Source of the DNA: a bacterium
Lineage (GTDB): Bacteria > RBG-13-61-14 > DATKZS01
DNA length: 64,000 nucleotides
Assembly (NCBI GenBank): GCA_963674965.2
Contig: CAXXFL010000007.1
Span: 32,001 to 96,000 of the forward strand
Direction of reading: 5' to 3'
A program made the position numbers and the translations under genes. The notes below the pieces were generated by a model. It was not told the DNA's origin and did no database searches. It was given only the letters and a program-made list of their open reading frames with translations. Below, in pieces: positions 1-8,123 of this stretch (positions within the stretch are counted from its first letter, which is position 1; the number at the start of each line of letters is the position of its first letter).

Positions 1-66
1 TGAGTTGACGAGGAAAGGGAGAAACGGTACTCTTAAGTTCTAAAGTTCAGTGATCATTAACCTGCC

Positions 67-252
67 GAGCCTCTTGCAAAATTCCCGCTTTGGAGTGCGG
101 CGGCTCGACGCCGCTTTTCTTCCGCGCGGCTTGACGCGAGGCAAGCCGGCGTATTATAAGGCCTTGTCAAGCCAAGGCCATCGAAAGCGGTCTCAAGCGA
201 CCGCGCTCCAAAGCGGTTATGCCGCAAAGAAAAGGACTTTTGCACGAAGCTC
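67..252. mobile_element. 186-bp MITE (non-autonomous element) with ~19-bp imperfect terminal inverted repeats and an internal REP doublet, copy 1
   Basis: Ends GAGCCTCTTGCAAAATTCC / GGACTTTTGCACGAAGCTC, flanked by direct repeat TGCC (63-66, 253-256); ~90% identical (18 mismatches by hand, no gaps) to the reverse complement of 14835-15020. Confidence 0.85.
92..209. repeat. Inverted pair of GGAG-type REP-like hairpins (REPIN-like)
   Basis: GGAG-t-GCGGCG-gctcga-CGCCGC-ttt at 92-117; opposite strand GGAG-c-GCGGTC-gcttga-GACCGC-ttt at 184-209; 66-bp spacer. Confidence 0.7.
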
Positions 253-290
253 TGCCGACAATAGTATTTATTGTCAATATCTTGCCCGGC

Positions 291-1142
291 TTAAAAGGCC
301 GGTTTTTTCAAAAGCCCGCTTATCTCGGCGTAGGGCATTTCGATCTCGATGAAGCCGTCGGCATAGGACGCCACCTCGTAGGGGTTGTACACGAAGAGCA
401 GGGAATCGGCGCGCACGGCAAAGCTGTCGGAAAGGTGGAACCTGTCGTTATCGAACCAGTAGCCCGCCTCGGCCAGGTCTTCCGCCGGGGCCAGCCCTCG
501 CATCTGCCGGAACTTCCTCTCCCCGACGGCGGTAATGGCCGCCATTTTGTCCGGACCGGCCAATAGATCGTAAAGCGTAATCTGCCTCCCGTCGGCCAGG
601 AAGAAATTCATATAGACGATCCTCGAGTTGGGATGGACCCCTCCCGAGTACTCGTAATAATTGAAGCTGAGGCAGACAATGCCGCCGGAGTTTCTTTCAA
701 CCTTCACCGTGGTCTGGTTCTCCCAGGGCATATTCGAAAAGGGGTCCTCATTCCCAAACTTCCGATACTCGGAAATGAAAAGGTCCATGCCCTGATCGAT
801 CGATCCCACCACGTTGTCTCCCCGTTGCATGCTGGTCCTGATCGCCGAGTCGACCGCGCCGTTCAGCGCCGCGACGGCCGCCGGGCTTCCCGCCGCGGTG
901 AAGCGAGGATATACCACCCCGATCCGAGTGCAGTTGGGAGGGGCCGCCCCGCAGCTCGGATCGACCTTCTCCCTGTTCACGATCTCGAAGGCGGCCGACT
1001 CGGCCCCCGACCTCGCGGGGGGCGCCGCCTGGGCCGAGGGCAAAGGCGCGGGAGCGGGAGCGGGTCTTTTATTGTTGCCTCTTATGCAGCCGGCCGCCAA
1101 AGTGGCGGTCATTAAAATAACCAGTAACGTTCTTGTCGGCAT
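291..1142 (-). CDS. DUF4163/DUF3298 (PdaC/RsiV-like) lipoprotein
   Basis: Lipobox LAAGC after hydrophobic signal; Y-x-GG-x-HP and YNPYEVASYADG motifs; AGGAGG upstream of ATG at 1142. Confidence 0.75.
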   Translation of the reverse strand: MPTRTLLVILMTATLAAGCIRGNNKRPAPAPAPLPSAQAAPPARSGAESAAFEIVNREKVDPSCGAAPPNCTRIGVVYPRFTAAGSPAAVAALNGAVDSAIRTSMQRGDNVVGSIDQGMDLFISEYRKFGNEDPFSNMPWENQTTVKVERNSGGIVCLSFNYYEYSGGVHPNSRIVYMNFFLADGRQITLYDLLAGPDKMAAITAVGERKFRQMRGLAPAEDLAEAGYWFDNDRFHLSDSFAVRADSLLFVYNPYEVASYADGFIEIEMPYAEISGLLKKPAF

Positions 1143-1168
1143 TTCCATGTCCTCCTGATAAAGCGCGG

Positions 1169-3871
1169 CTAGCGCTCGGGAGCCGCCGTCCGTTCGATCG
1201 GCATATCCGAGTCGGCCCTGGCCCGATACCGGGCGAGGGACGCCTTGTATTGAGACAATATCTTTTGGTCGTCCTTTTCCTTCAATAAGGCTATCGCCTG
1301 CTCCTGCCACTTTACGGCCTCGAGCCACTCGCCGTTCTCGCCGTGGGCCGCCGCCAGAGTATTGAGGTAAGCGTGGTCCTCATATTTGGTCAAGCCGCAG
1401 GCGGCCGAGGCGTACTCGACGGCCTTCTTGCCGTCCCTGCATCCAGGCCAGTCGCAGGCGGCCAGGTTCCAGGCCATCTCATTCAAGGCCTCGGGGTTGA
1501 GGGGATCGAGTTCCCGGGCCGTCTCATAATCCGCGACGGCCTCCTTGACCCTTCCCAGCCGCTGGTAGGCCGAGGCCCGGGCCAGGTAGGCCTTATCGTA
1601 GCCGGGGTCTATCTCGAGGGACTCGGAGTAATCCCTTATTGCCCCCTCCACGTCGCCCATATCGACGCGGAGGTTACCACGGATACGGAGCGAATACTTG
1701 CTTTCCCGGTCGGCCTTCACGGCCCGGTCATAGTCGGCCATGGCCTTTTCCCGATTACCGAGGGTCTCGTATATGCGCCCCCTGTTAACTATGATAGTGG
1801 CAAAATCCGGCTCGATCTCGATGGCCTTGTCATAATCCTCGAGCGCCTTCTCCAGCTCGCCCCTGTCGCGATGGACCAGGGCCCGGTTGTTGTAGGCGTA
1901 GTAGCCCTTGGGATCGAGCTCGATGGCGTGAGTGTAATCCTCGACCGCCTTGTCCAGCTCTCCCTTGGCCCGGTAGGCGTTGCCCCGGTTGTTGAAGGGG
2001 TAGGAAAAATCCGGGTCAACGGCGATGGCCCGGTCGTAATCGGCTATGGCCTCATCGAGCATGCCCTTGTTCCTATACGCGTTTCCACGGTAGTTGTAGG
2101 CCTGGGCGAACTCTGGATTCAGGGCGATGGCCCTTCCATAATCCTCGATGGCCTTGTCGTATTCCCGAAGCTTGGCGAAGAACTGGGCCCGCTCGTAATA
2201 GCCGCGGGCGTGCTCGGGATATTTCTCGATAAACTGGTTGAGTTTCCTTTCCGCCCTGATTTCGTCGCTTTTTCTCAGAAGCTCCGCGTCGGCCACCACG
2301 TAAAGAAGCTCGTTTTCCATGGACTTCTTTTTCTCGGCCCCCACCCGGTAATAGGAAACTCCCGCCACGGCCGTCACCGTAAGGGCCGCCAGAGCCAACG
2401 TAATCCAGTGCCAGTTGCGTCGGGCGAAGCGTCCGAGCAGGGCCGCGAAGTTATACTCGTAGGCGGAAACCAGTCCTCCCGACATGAAGCGGGACACGTC
2501 GGCCGCCACCTCGCCCGCGTTGGCGTACCTCTTGGCGGGATCCTTTTCGAGGCACTTCTCGGCGATGGCCGCCAGCTCGGGCGGGCATTTTTTTTCCTTC
2601 TCCTTGACGGGAACGACCGGGTCGGCGATGACCTTTCCCATCACCTCGTAGGCGGTGAAGCCCGAGAAGGGGGGACCGCCGGCAAGTATCTCGTAAAGGA
2701 TGGCGCCCAGACTCCAAACGTCGCTTCTTTCGTCGACTTCCTCGATCCGCCCTTCCGCCTGCTCGGGACTCATGTAGGCGGGAGTGCCCAGCGGCCGGCC
2801 CGATATAGTCTGCCCCGCCCCCGCTTTCCTTATAAGATCGAGTCCCTCCTCGATGGCCCCGGCCCTCTCGTCCTCGGTCCCCTTAACCTTGGCCAGGCCC
2901 CAATCGAGCACCACCGTCTCGCCGAACTCTCCCACCATAACGTTGGCCGGTTTCAAGTCCCGGTGAATGACGCCCTTGGCGTGGGCGTAGGCCATGGCCT
3001 GGCAAACGTCGAGGAAATGACTCATCACCTCGAGGCGTCCGGCTATGCCGGCGGCCTCGCTTTTTTGAGCGATGCGGTCGCGCAGGGTCTCGCCCCGAAC
3101 CAGCTTCATGCTGTAGTAAAGGGTCCCGTCCGTTCTTTTGGCGATCTCGTAAACGGGCACCACGCTCGGGTGCTCGAGTTGGCCCGTGATCCGGGCCTCG
3201 CGCAGAAAGCGGGCCGCCGCCTCGGCCGCGGCTCGGGAAGGAGTGTGGCCGCCGGTCGAGCCGCCGCCCCGCTCGGTAAGAAGCCGCTTGACCGCCACCT
3301 CCCGGCCTATGTGCTCGTCAAAGGCGAGCATGACCACGCCGATGCCGCCCTTGCCCTGCTCTCCCTTGATGGTGTAGCGGCCGGGGTGCTCGAGGGTCAC
3401 GCGCTCCGAGTCGTCCAGTCTCCGGCCCGCGCTGAAACGGGAGGCCTGATCGTCACCCTGGCCGCCAAAGGAAAGAAGGCCCGCCTCGCCCTCCCCTTCC
3501 GGCCCGGAGGATATCTTTTCATCCCCCGACTCGTCCGTCAGGGAGGCGTCTTCCACATTTTCGCCCGCCGTGTAGCCCGGCGGCATCTCGATCTCGATCC
3601 CGCCACCGAAGGACTCGAGGGTGGCCGAAACGTCAACCTCCTTGTCCTCCAGCTTGGCCTCGATGAGGCGCTCCAAGAGTTTCTTGTTCTCGCGTTTGAG
3701 GACACCCATCTCGACCAGAACGTCGCCCAGGTCCTTGCCCTCCTCGGAGACCCAAACGGAGGCGGCCCGGGCGAAGTCGAGGGGCTCGATAAACTGAAGC
3801 TGTACCGCCGTCACGCCGAAAAGAAGGTTACGGTCGCTTGGTCTCTCGCGCGTTTTCTTGTTCTCGTCCAT
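1169..3871 (-). CDS. Hanks-type Ser/Thr protein kinase with TM helix and C-terminal TPR array
   Basis: GKGGIG, VAVK, HRDLKPAN, DWG, GTPAYMSPEQ, DVWSLG motifs; TM segment; about 9-10 34-aa TPR repeats. Confidence 0.9.
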   Translation of the reverse strand: MDENKKTRERPSDRNLLFGVTAVQLQFIEPLDFARAASVWVSEEGKDLGDVLVEMGVLKRENKKLLERLIEAKLEDKEVDVSATLESFGGGIEIEMPPGYTAGENVEDASLTDESGDEKISSGPEGEGEAGLLSFGGQGDDQASRFSAGRRLDDSERVTLEHPGRYTIKGEQGKGGIGVVMLAFDEHIGREVAVKRLLTERGGGSTGGHTPSRAAAEAAARFLREARITGQLEHPSVVPVYEIAKRTDGTLYYSMKLVRGETLRDRIAQKSEAAGIAGRLEVMSHFLDVCQAMAYAHAKGVIHRDLKPANVMVGEFGETVVLDWGLAKVKGTEDERAGAIEEGLDLIRKAGAGQTISGRPLGTPAYMSPEQAEGRIEEVDERSDVWSLGAILYEILAGGPPFSGFTAYEVMGKVIADPVVPVKEKEKKCPPELAAIAEKCLEKDPAKRYANAGEVAADVSRFMSGGLVSAYEYNFAALLGRFARRNWHWITLALAALTVTAVAGVSYYRVGAEKKKSMENELLYVVADAELLRKSDEIRAERKLNQFIEKYPEHARGYYERAQFFAKLREYDKAIEDYGRAIALNPEFAQAYNYRGNAYRNKGMLDEAIADYDRAIAVDPDFSYPFNNRGNAYRAKGELDKAVEDYTHAIELDPKGYYAYNNRALVHRDRGELEKALEDYDKAIEIEPDFATIIVNRGRIYETLGNREKAMADYDRAVKADRESKYSLRIRGNLRVDMGDVEGAIRDYSESLEIDPGYDKAYLARASAYQRLGRVKEAVADYETARELDPLNPEALNEMAWNLAACDWPGCRDGKKAVEYASAACGLTKYEDHAYLNTLAAAHGENGEWLEAVKWQEQAIALLKEKDDQKILSQYKASLARYRARADSDMPIERTAAPER

Positions 3872-3937
3872 GGTTCGAGACGTCCCGGATAAAGATTGTA
3901 ACACGGCCAGGGGGCGGCGGGTAGGGACGGGCCTGGA

Positions 3938-4291
3938 TCACCAAACCTTCTTAGGCGCCCTGAGAGCGGCGCTGGCGGCGATAAAAATTATTCCCGTGCC
4001 CGTGGGATGTCCTATCAGCTTCGGATGCAGGAATATGCCGGCCGCCGCGATGGTACCTATGCCCAATATAAAAAGAGCCAGGCTGAGAGGGTCGGCTATC
4101 AAATGGTGGACTTGCTTGCGAAAGCGGCTGATGGCGTACAGGCCGGCCAGGGCGGCCAATCCTCCAGCCGCGGCCAGGACGTGACGAAACCAAAGCGCGG
4201 GATCGAGTCCGATGCCCAGAACCAGCGCGTTGACTCCGGCCAGGCTCGCCAGGAGTCCCGCCAAGAAGACGATCCAGGGAGGGCGTTCCAT
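3938..4291 (-). CDS. Small 4-TM membrane protein, unknown function
   Basis: Four hydrophobic segments; sigma70-like promoter directly upstream. Confidence 0.65.
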   Translation of the reverse strand: MERPPWIVFLAGLLASLAGVNALVLGIGLDPALWFRHVLAAAGGLAALAGLYAISRFRKQVHHLIADPLSLALFILGIGTIAAAGIFLHPKLIGHPTGTGIIFIAASAALRAPKKVW

Positions 4292-4299
4292 GCCAACCG

Positions 4300-4328
4300 A
4301 TTTTACCCGCGCCGGCGCCGGTTGGCAA
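4300..4328 (-). promoter_or_regulatory. sigma70-type promoter, near-leaderless
   Basis: TTGCCA-17 bp-TAAAAT, 8 nt before ATG at 4291. Confidence 0.55.
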
Positions 4329-4367
4329 AATCCTTTCGCGCGCAACTCTTTCGAAGCCGCGTCGGGA

Positions 4368-6056
4368 TTACCTTATCACCCGTATCAGCCTGGCCCCGCC
4401 CGGCGGGATATCGGCCAGGGTCTTGAACCTTTCCGGCCAAAGGGACATGGTCTTTTCCAGCCCCGGCTCCGAAATACCAGTGATTATATACCCGGCGCCG
4501 CCGTCCTCGATCCTTTTCCATTGCTCGTCGGGGCCGCCGTCCACGAGCATAACCGAAGGACGATCCGCATAGAAGGCGGTTAACATGGGCTTGCGGCTCA
4601 TGATTATCGAGCCCTCGGGCGTGAGCTTTCCGGCGACCTTGTTGATGATCACGTAATCGCGCAGGGCGGTCACGGTCTTTCGGTCGATCCCGCTGAAGCG
4701 TAGATCGTACTTGCCCCAGTCGATGACGGGCCTGTCCCAGTCCCCGTAGCCGTTGACGTAAACGACCTGGCCCCCTCCCGGCGGGTCAGGCATGTAGGTC
4801 AGGCGGTCCTTGACAAAGCCGTAAAGGCCATAAGCGTGAAAAACCAAAACAAGTATTAAAAGACCCGGCAAGACGAAACGGGATAAGGGCGCGGGTCCAC
4901 CCTCCTCTTGACTGGAAAATTTCTCGAGCGTCCATTTCGCCGCCGCGAAAAGATAGTACAGGGACATGGGCAGAAGAGGCAAAGTGAAGCGGATATCCGA
5001 AAAAGGCCAGAGCATGACAATTATTATGGAGACAAGATAAAACCCCTCCATTACGCGCCGTCCTCTCCCGTACTCGATCACGACGCCGAGGATTGCGGCC
5101 GCGAACAAAACCAGCCCGGCCGCCTGGCCGGCCCGGCCAGGGCCCAGCAAGAACCAGGCGGGCGCGAAGGCGTAAAGCCCGGCTTGCGAGGGCACGGTCA
5201 GGGCGTTGTTCTCGATCCTCCTCAGGAAGTCGCCCGCTCCGGCCGACGCGGCCGAGCTTCGATCGTCCTCATAAAATAGCTCGGACCCGTAAACCAGCGG
5301 CCGGCCTCCCACAACCTGGTTCCGCGTCAGCCATGCCCCCATCACCAGGACGAAGACCATCAGGACCAGGGCCCAGGCGGGAAAGGTTTTTGCTCCCACC
5401 TGGAGTCTCGTCCTGGCCTGGAACAGGCCGATCACGACCGAGACGCAAAGGGCCAGTCCGGCGGTCCTGGTCATCAGGGCGGCCGAAACCAGCACGGCGA
5501 GCGCAAGAAGGCGGGGACCGCTAAGGGAGTCGCCCTCCCCTTCCGCGGCGGCAAGGACCGCGAAAAAGCCAAGGGCCATGTATAGGGTCTCGGAGAGAAG
5601 GTGCCCGCTCTGAAGATATAAAAGGGGCATGGTGCCCGTAGCCAGGCCGAAGACCAGACCGACGGCCCTGGACCTTTGCCTTCCGGCCGCGACAAGACCA
5701 ATGGCCAGGGAGGCCAGGGCGCTGAACAGGGCGACTAACCCGTGCATAAGCGGAAAAGGATCGTCGCTCAGCCAGTGGCAGGGGGCAAGGACCGCGGGGA
5801 AAAGAAATGGATACTTGACGTGGGGAGGAGCGCCCGGCTCGTAGATGGTTTTATAACCCATTCCCTCGGCGATGCTTTTGGAGAGGAAATAGTAAACCGC
5901 GTTGTCGCCTCCCAGGTTCCCGCCCAACTCGGACGATACGTTGGTCAGGTGGAGGGAAAAGACAAACGCGAAGAGCGCGAGCCAGGCGAGCGGGCCGTAC
6001 CAGGCCAATATCTTGGACCCGGACTCGACCTCCTTTTTGCCTTCCGGCTTACCCAT
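4368..6056 (-). CDS. GT-C fold membrane glycosyltransferase (ArnT/PMT-like)
   Basis: Multi-TM protein with GD-x3-Y loop after TM1, YP-x-LFP, LSE-x2-Y and R-x-TLPL motifs, soluble C-terminal domain. Confidence 0.7.
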   Translation of the reverse strand: MGKPEGKKEVESGSKILAWYGPLAWLALFAFVFSLHLTNVSSELGGNLGGDNAVYYFLSKSIAEGMGYKTIYEPGAPPHVKYPFLFPAVLAPCHWLSDDPFPLMHGLVALFSALASLAIGLVAAGRQRSRAVGLVFGLATGTMPLLYLQSGHLLSETLYMALGFFAVLAAAEGEGDSLSGPRLLALAVLVSAALMTRTAGLALCVSVVIGLFQARTRLQVGAKTFPAWALVLMVFVLVMGAWLTRNQVVGGRPLVYGSELFYEDDRSSAASAGAGDFLRRIENNALTVPSQAGLYAFAPAWFLLGPGRAGQAAGLVLFAAAILGVVIEYGRGRRVMEGFYLVSIIIVMLWPFSDIRFTLPLLPMSLYYLFAAAKWTLEKFSSQEEGGPAPLSRFVLPGLLILVLVFHAYGLYGFVKDRLTYMPDPPGGGQVVYVNGYGDWDRPVIDWGKYDLRFSGIDRKTVTALRDYVIINKVAGKLTPEGSIIMSRKPMLTAFYADRPSVMLVDGGPDEQWKRIEDGGAGYIITGISEPGLEKTMSLWPERFKTLADIPPGGARLIRVIR

Positions 6057-6101
6057 CGATATCCATCCGCCTCATGTCTTTTCCCGCGGCGTCCAGGCCC
6101 C

Positions 6102-7007
6102 TTACCGGGCGCCTCCAAGCCGGGACGACCAGTCGAACCCCGGCGCGAAGCGCTCGATAAAGGACTTTGCCGTACCGGCTTTTAGCGACTCCTTTACGCT
6201 CTCCGATACGCCAAGGTCCTCGAGGTCCCGGTAGATTTCACTCAGGCCGCCCATGCCCGCCGGATGGTCGGAACCGAACATTACGCGCTCGTGATATTTT
6301 TCCAGGCCCTCCAACAACTCCTCGATCACTCGTTGACATCCGGGCGTGTTTTTCAGCCAGTCCTGGAAGGGAGGTCTTACGCAGGAAAGGACGTTGGTGG
6401 CGTCAAGATAAAGATAAGGGTATTCATCCAGCATACGGAAGGCCCAGGCCAAATCGGGAAAGGCCATGTGCACGAAGATCACGGGAAGGCGGGGAAACCT
6501 GCCGAGGAGGCCCTCCAGTTCCTTGGTCGGCATCTTCATGGCGTAAAACGCCTCGAAGCCGGTATGAAAGAATACGGGTTTTCCCTCTTCCTCGACGGCC
6601 TCGTAAAAGGGAAGCATCCGCTCGTCCCAGGGATCGAACTTCTGCACGAAGGGATGGAACTTGAAACCGAGAAAGCCCGAGTCCAAGTAGGCGCGGGCCA
6701 CCTTGGCCTTGTCCTGCGTGTCCTGGTGGAGACTGGCGAAGGGAATGGCGCCCGGCGTCTTTTTGCAAAAATCCAGGTTCCACTCGTTAAGGCCCTCGGT
6801 CTCCTCGACCTTAAGAGGATAGGCGAAGTTGAAGAAATGAGTCACGCCCTCCGCCTGAAGGTCCGAAAGGATATCCCGGGCCGACACGTCCACTGAAACG
6901 GGATGAGCCGGGAAACCTCTTTTGATCCATCGCATCAGTCCGCCCAGCCTGGCCTCAGGCAGGACGTGAACGTGGGAATCGATTCTAATTCCGTTTACTT
7001 CTTGCAT
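6102..7007 (-). CDS. Amidohydrolase family (Amidohydro_2) metal-dependent hydrolase
   Basis: IDSHVH, GFKFHP, FHTG, FVHM, FGSDHP motifs. Confidence 0.85.
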   Translation of the reverse strand: MQEVNGIRIDSHVHVLPEARLGGLMRWIKRGFPAHPVSVDVSARDILSDLQAEGVTHFFNFAYPLKVEETEGLNEWNLDFCKKTPGAIPFASLHQDTQDKAKVARAYLDSGFLGFKFHPFVQKFDPWDERMLPFYEAVEEEGKPVFFHTGFEAFYAMKMPTKELEGLLGRFPRLPVIFVHMAFPDLAWAFRMLDEYPYLYLDATNVLSCVRPPFQDWLKNTPGCQRVIEELLEGLEKYHERVMFGSDHPAGMGGLSEIYRDLEDLGVSESVKESLKAGTAKSFIERFAPGFDWSSRLGGAR

Positions 7008-7036
7008 AATATTACTTCCCGCTTGCAAAATTCGAA

Positions 7037-7912
7037 CTAGCCGATAAGACGGAGAAAATTACCCCGAGTTATTTTTTCCCTATCCCTTCCCGAAAGGGCC
7101 AGGGCATCCAGGTTCTTGATCAGGGTCGAGTAATCGAAGGCGTCGTTATGGGTATGGAAATACGGCCCGTCGCTTCCGAAGAGGCACTTATCCGGTCCTA
7201 TCCTTCTCACCGCCATTTTTACCACCCTGGCGCTGACGTAATGGGTGCTTGCCAGGTCGACGTTTACGTTTTCCTTTTCCCTGGCCACCTCCCAGATATC
7301 TCTTTGGTAGGGTATTCCGGCGTGGGCGAACACGATCTTCAGGCGTGGAAAATCCTTTATCAGGCTCATGAAGTCGCCGTTCGCTCCCTCTCCGAGGTGG
7401 ATTATCATGGGCATGCCTTTTTCCGAGCAGAGGGCCGCCGCGTCGGCCAACATCGAGGTCGGATAATTATGCCAGAAGGGATGGACCTTGACCCCGATGA
7501 TCCCCTCCTTTTCCATGCACCTCTCGATCTCGGAAACCGGGTCGACCGGTCCCGCCGGGTTGACGAATATCCAGCCGAAAAACCTGTCCGGACGAGCGGC
7601 TACGGCCTCCAATACCTCGTCGTTGCGCGGCTGGACCTTAACCTCGTAGAGCTTGCCGCCCGCGTCCACTCTCCCGTCTTTTTTAACCCAGCTCGAGTAA
7701 AGCGCCCGCGCTCCCTTTTGCAGGTACTTGTTGCCGTCGGTAATGGCCCTCAAAAAAAGCGGGGCCCCGATCCTGGCCAGAGCGGTGTCCTCCAGCGGCG
7801 GGTTGAGGGAGGCCATCAGCGCGATCTTCTTGACGCCGAACCGGTCCATGCTCGCGACCAGAGCGTCAAGGCCAATAATCGATTCATGCAGATGAAAATG
7901 GCAATCGATCAT
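7037..7912 (-). CDS. Amidohydrolase family (Amidohydro_2) metal-dependent hydrolase
   Basis: IDCHFH, GVKVHP, IHLG, FAHAG, FGSDGP motifs; GGGAGG SD. Confidence 0.85.
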   Translation of the reverse strand: MIDCHFHLHESIIGLDALVASMDRFGVKKIALMASLNPPLEDTALARIGAPLFLRAITDGNKYLQKGARALYSSWVKKDGRVDAGGKLYEVKVQPRNDEVLEAVAARPDRFFGWIFVNPAGPVDPVSEIERCMEKEGIIGVKVHPFWHNYPTSMLADAAALCSEKGMPMIIHLGEGANGDFMSLIKDFPRLKIVFAHAGIPYQRDIWEVAREKENVNVDLASTHYVSARVVKMAVRRIGPDKCLFGSDGPYFHTHNDAFDYSTLIKNLDALALSGRDREKITRGNFLRLIG

Positions 7913-8123
7913 ACGTGGTTTCCTCCCTGCTCTCAAATGTTACCCCCGGGATGGGGTCATGACAAACCGCCGGCCGATAAAAATGAGCTATTACGGGCTC
8001 GGGACCGGCGTAAGGCCCTTTTTCGGATCGGTACTTCGCGCGAGGGGTCGGTCCCGGTTTGATTTATCCGTTCCGATTGATTATATTACAAAATTAGTTA
8101 AGTTCCTCATTTAACGTCTTATT

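Noticed and set aside
50-352. ORFs 50..352 (+) and 57..245 (-)
   Set aside because: They run through the MITE/REP repeat and show no protein-like features.
1450-2260. ~102-bp periodic repeats
   Set aside because: In-frame TPR coding repeats of the kinase, not a CRISPR array.
1343-3892. 849-aa plus-strand ORF, and similar long antisense ORFs opposite the r-protein, tuf, rpoBC and AlkP genes
   Set aside because: Shadow frames from GC-rich codon bias opposite clearly identifiable genes.
7990-8060. Inverted segments GGGACCGG...TCGGTCCC in a divergent intergenic region
   Set aside because: Short and GC-rich with no recognisable riboswitch core or terminator.
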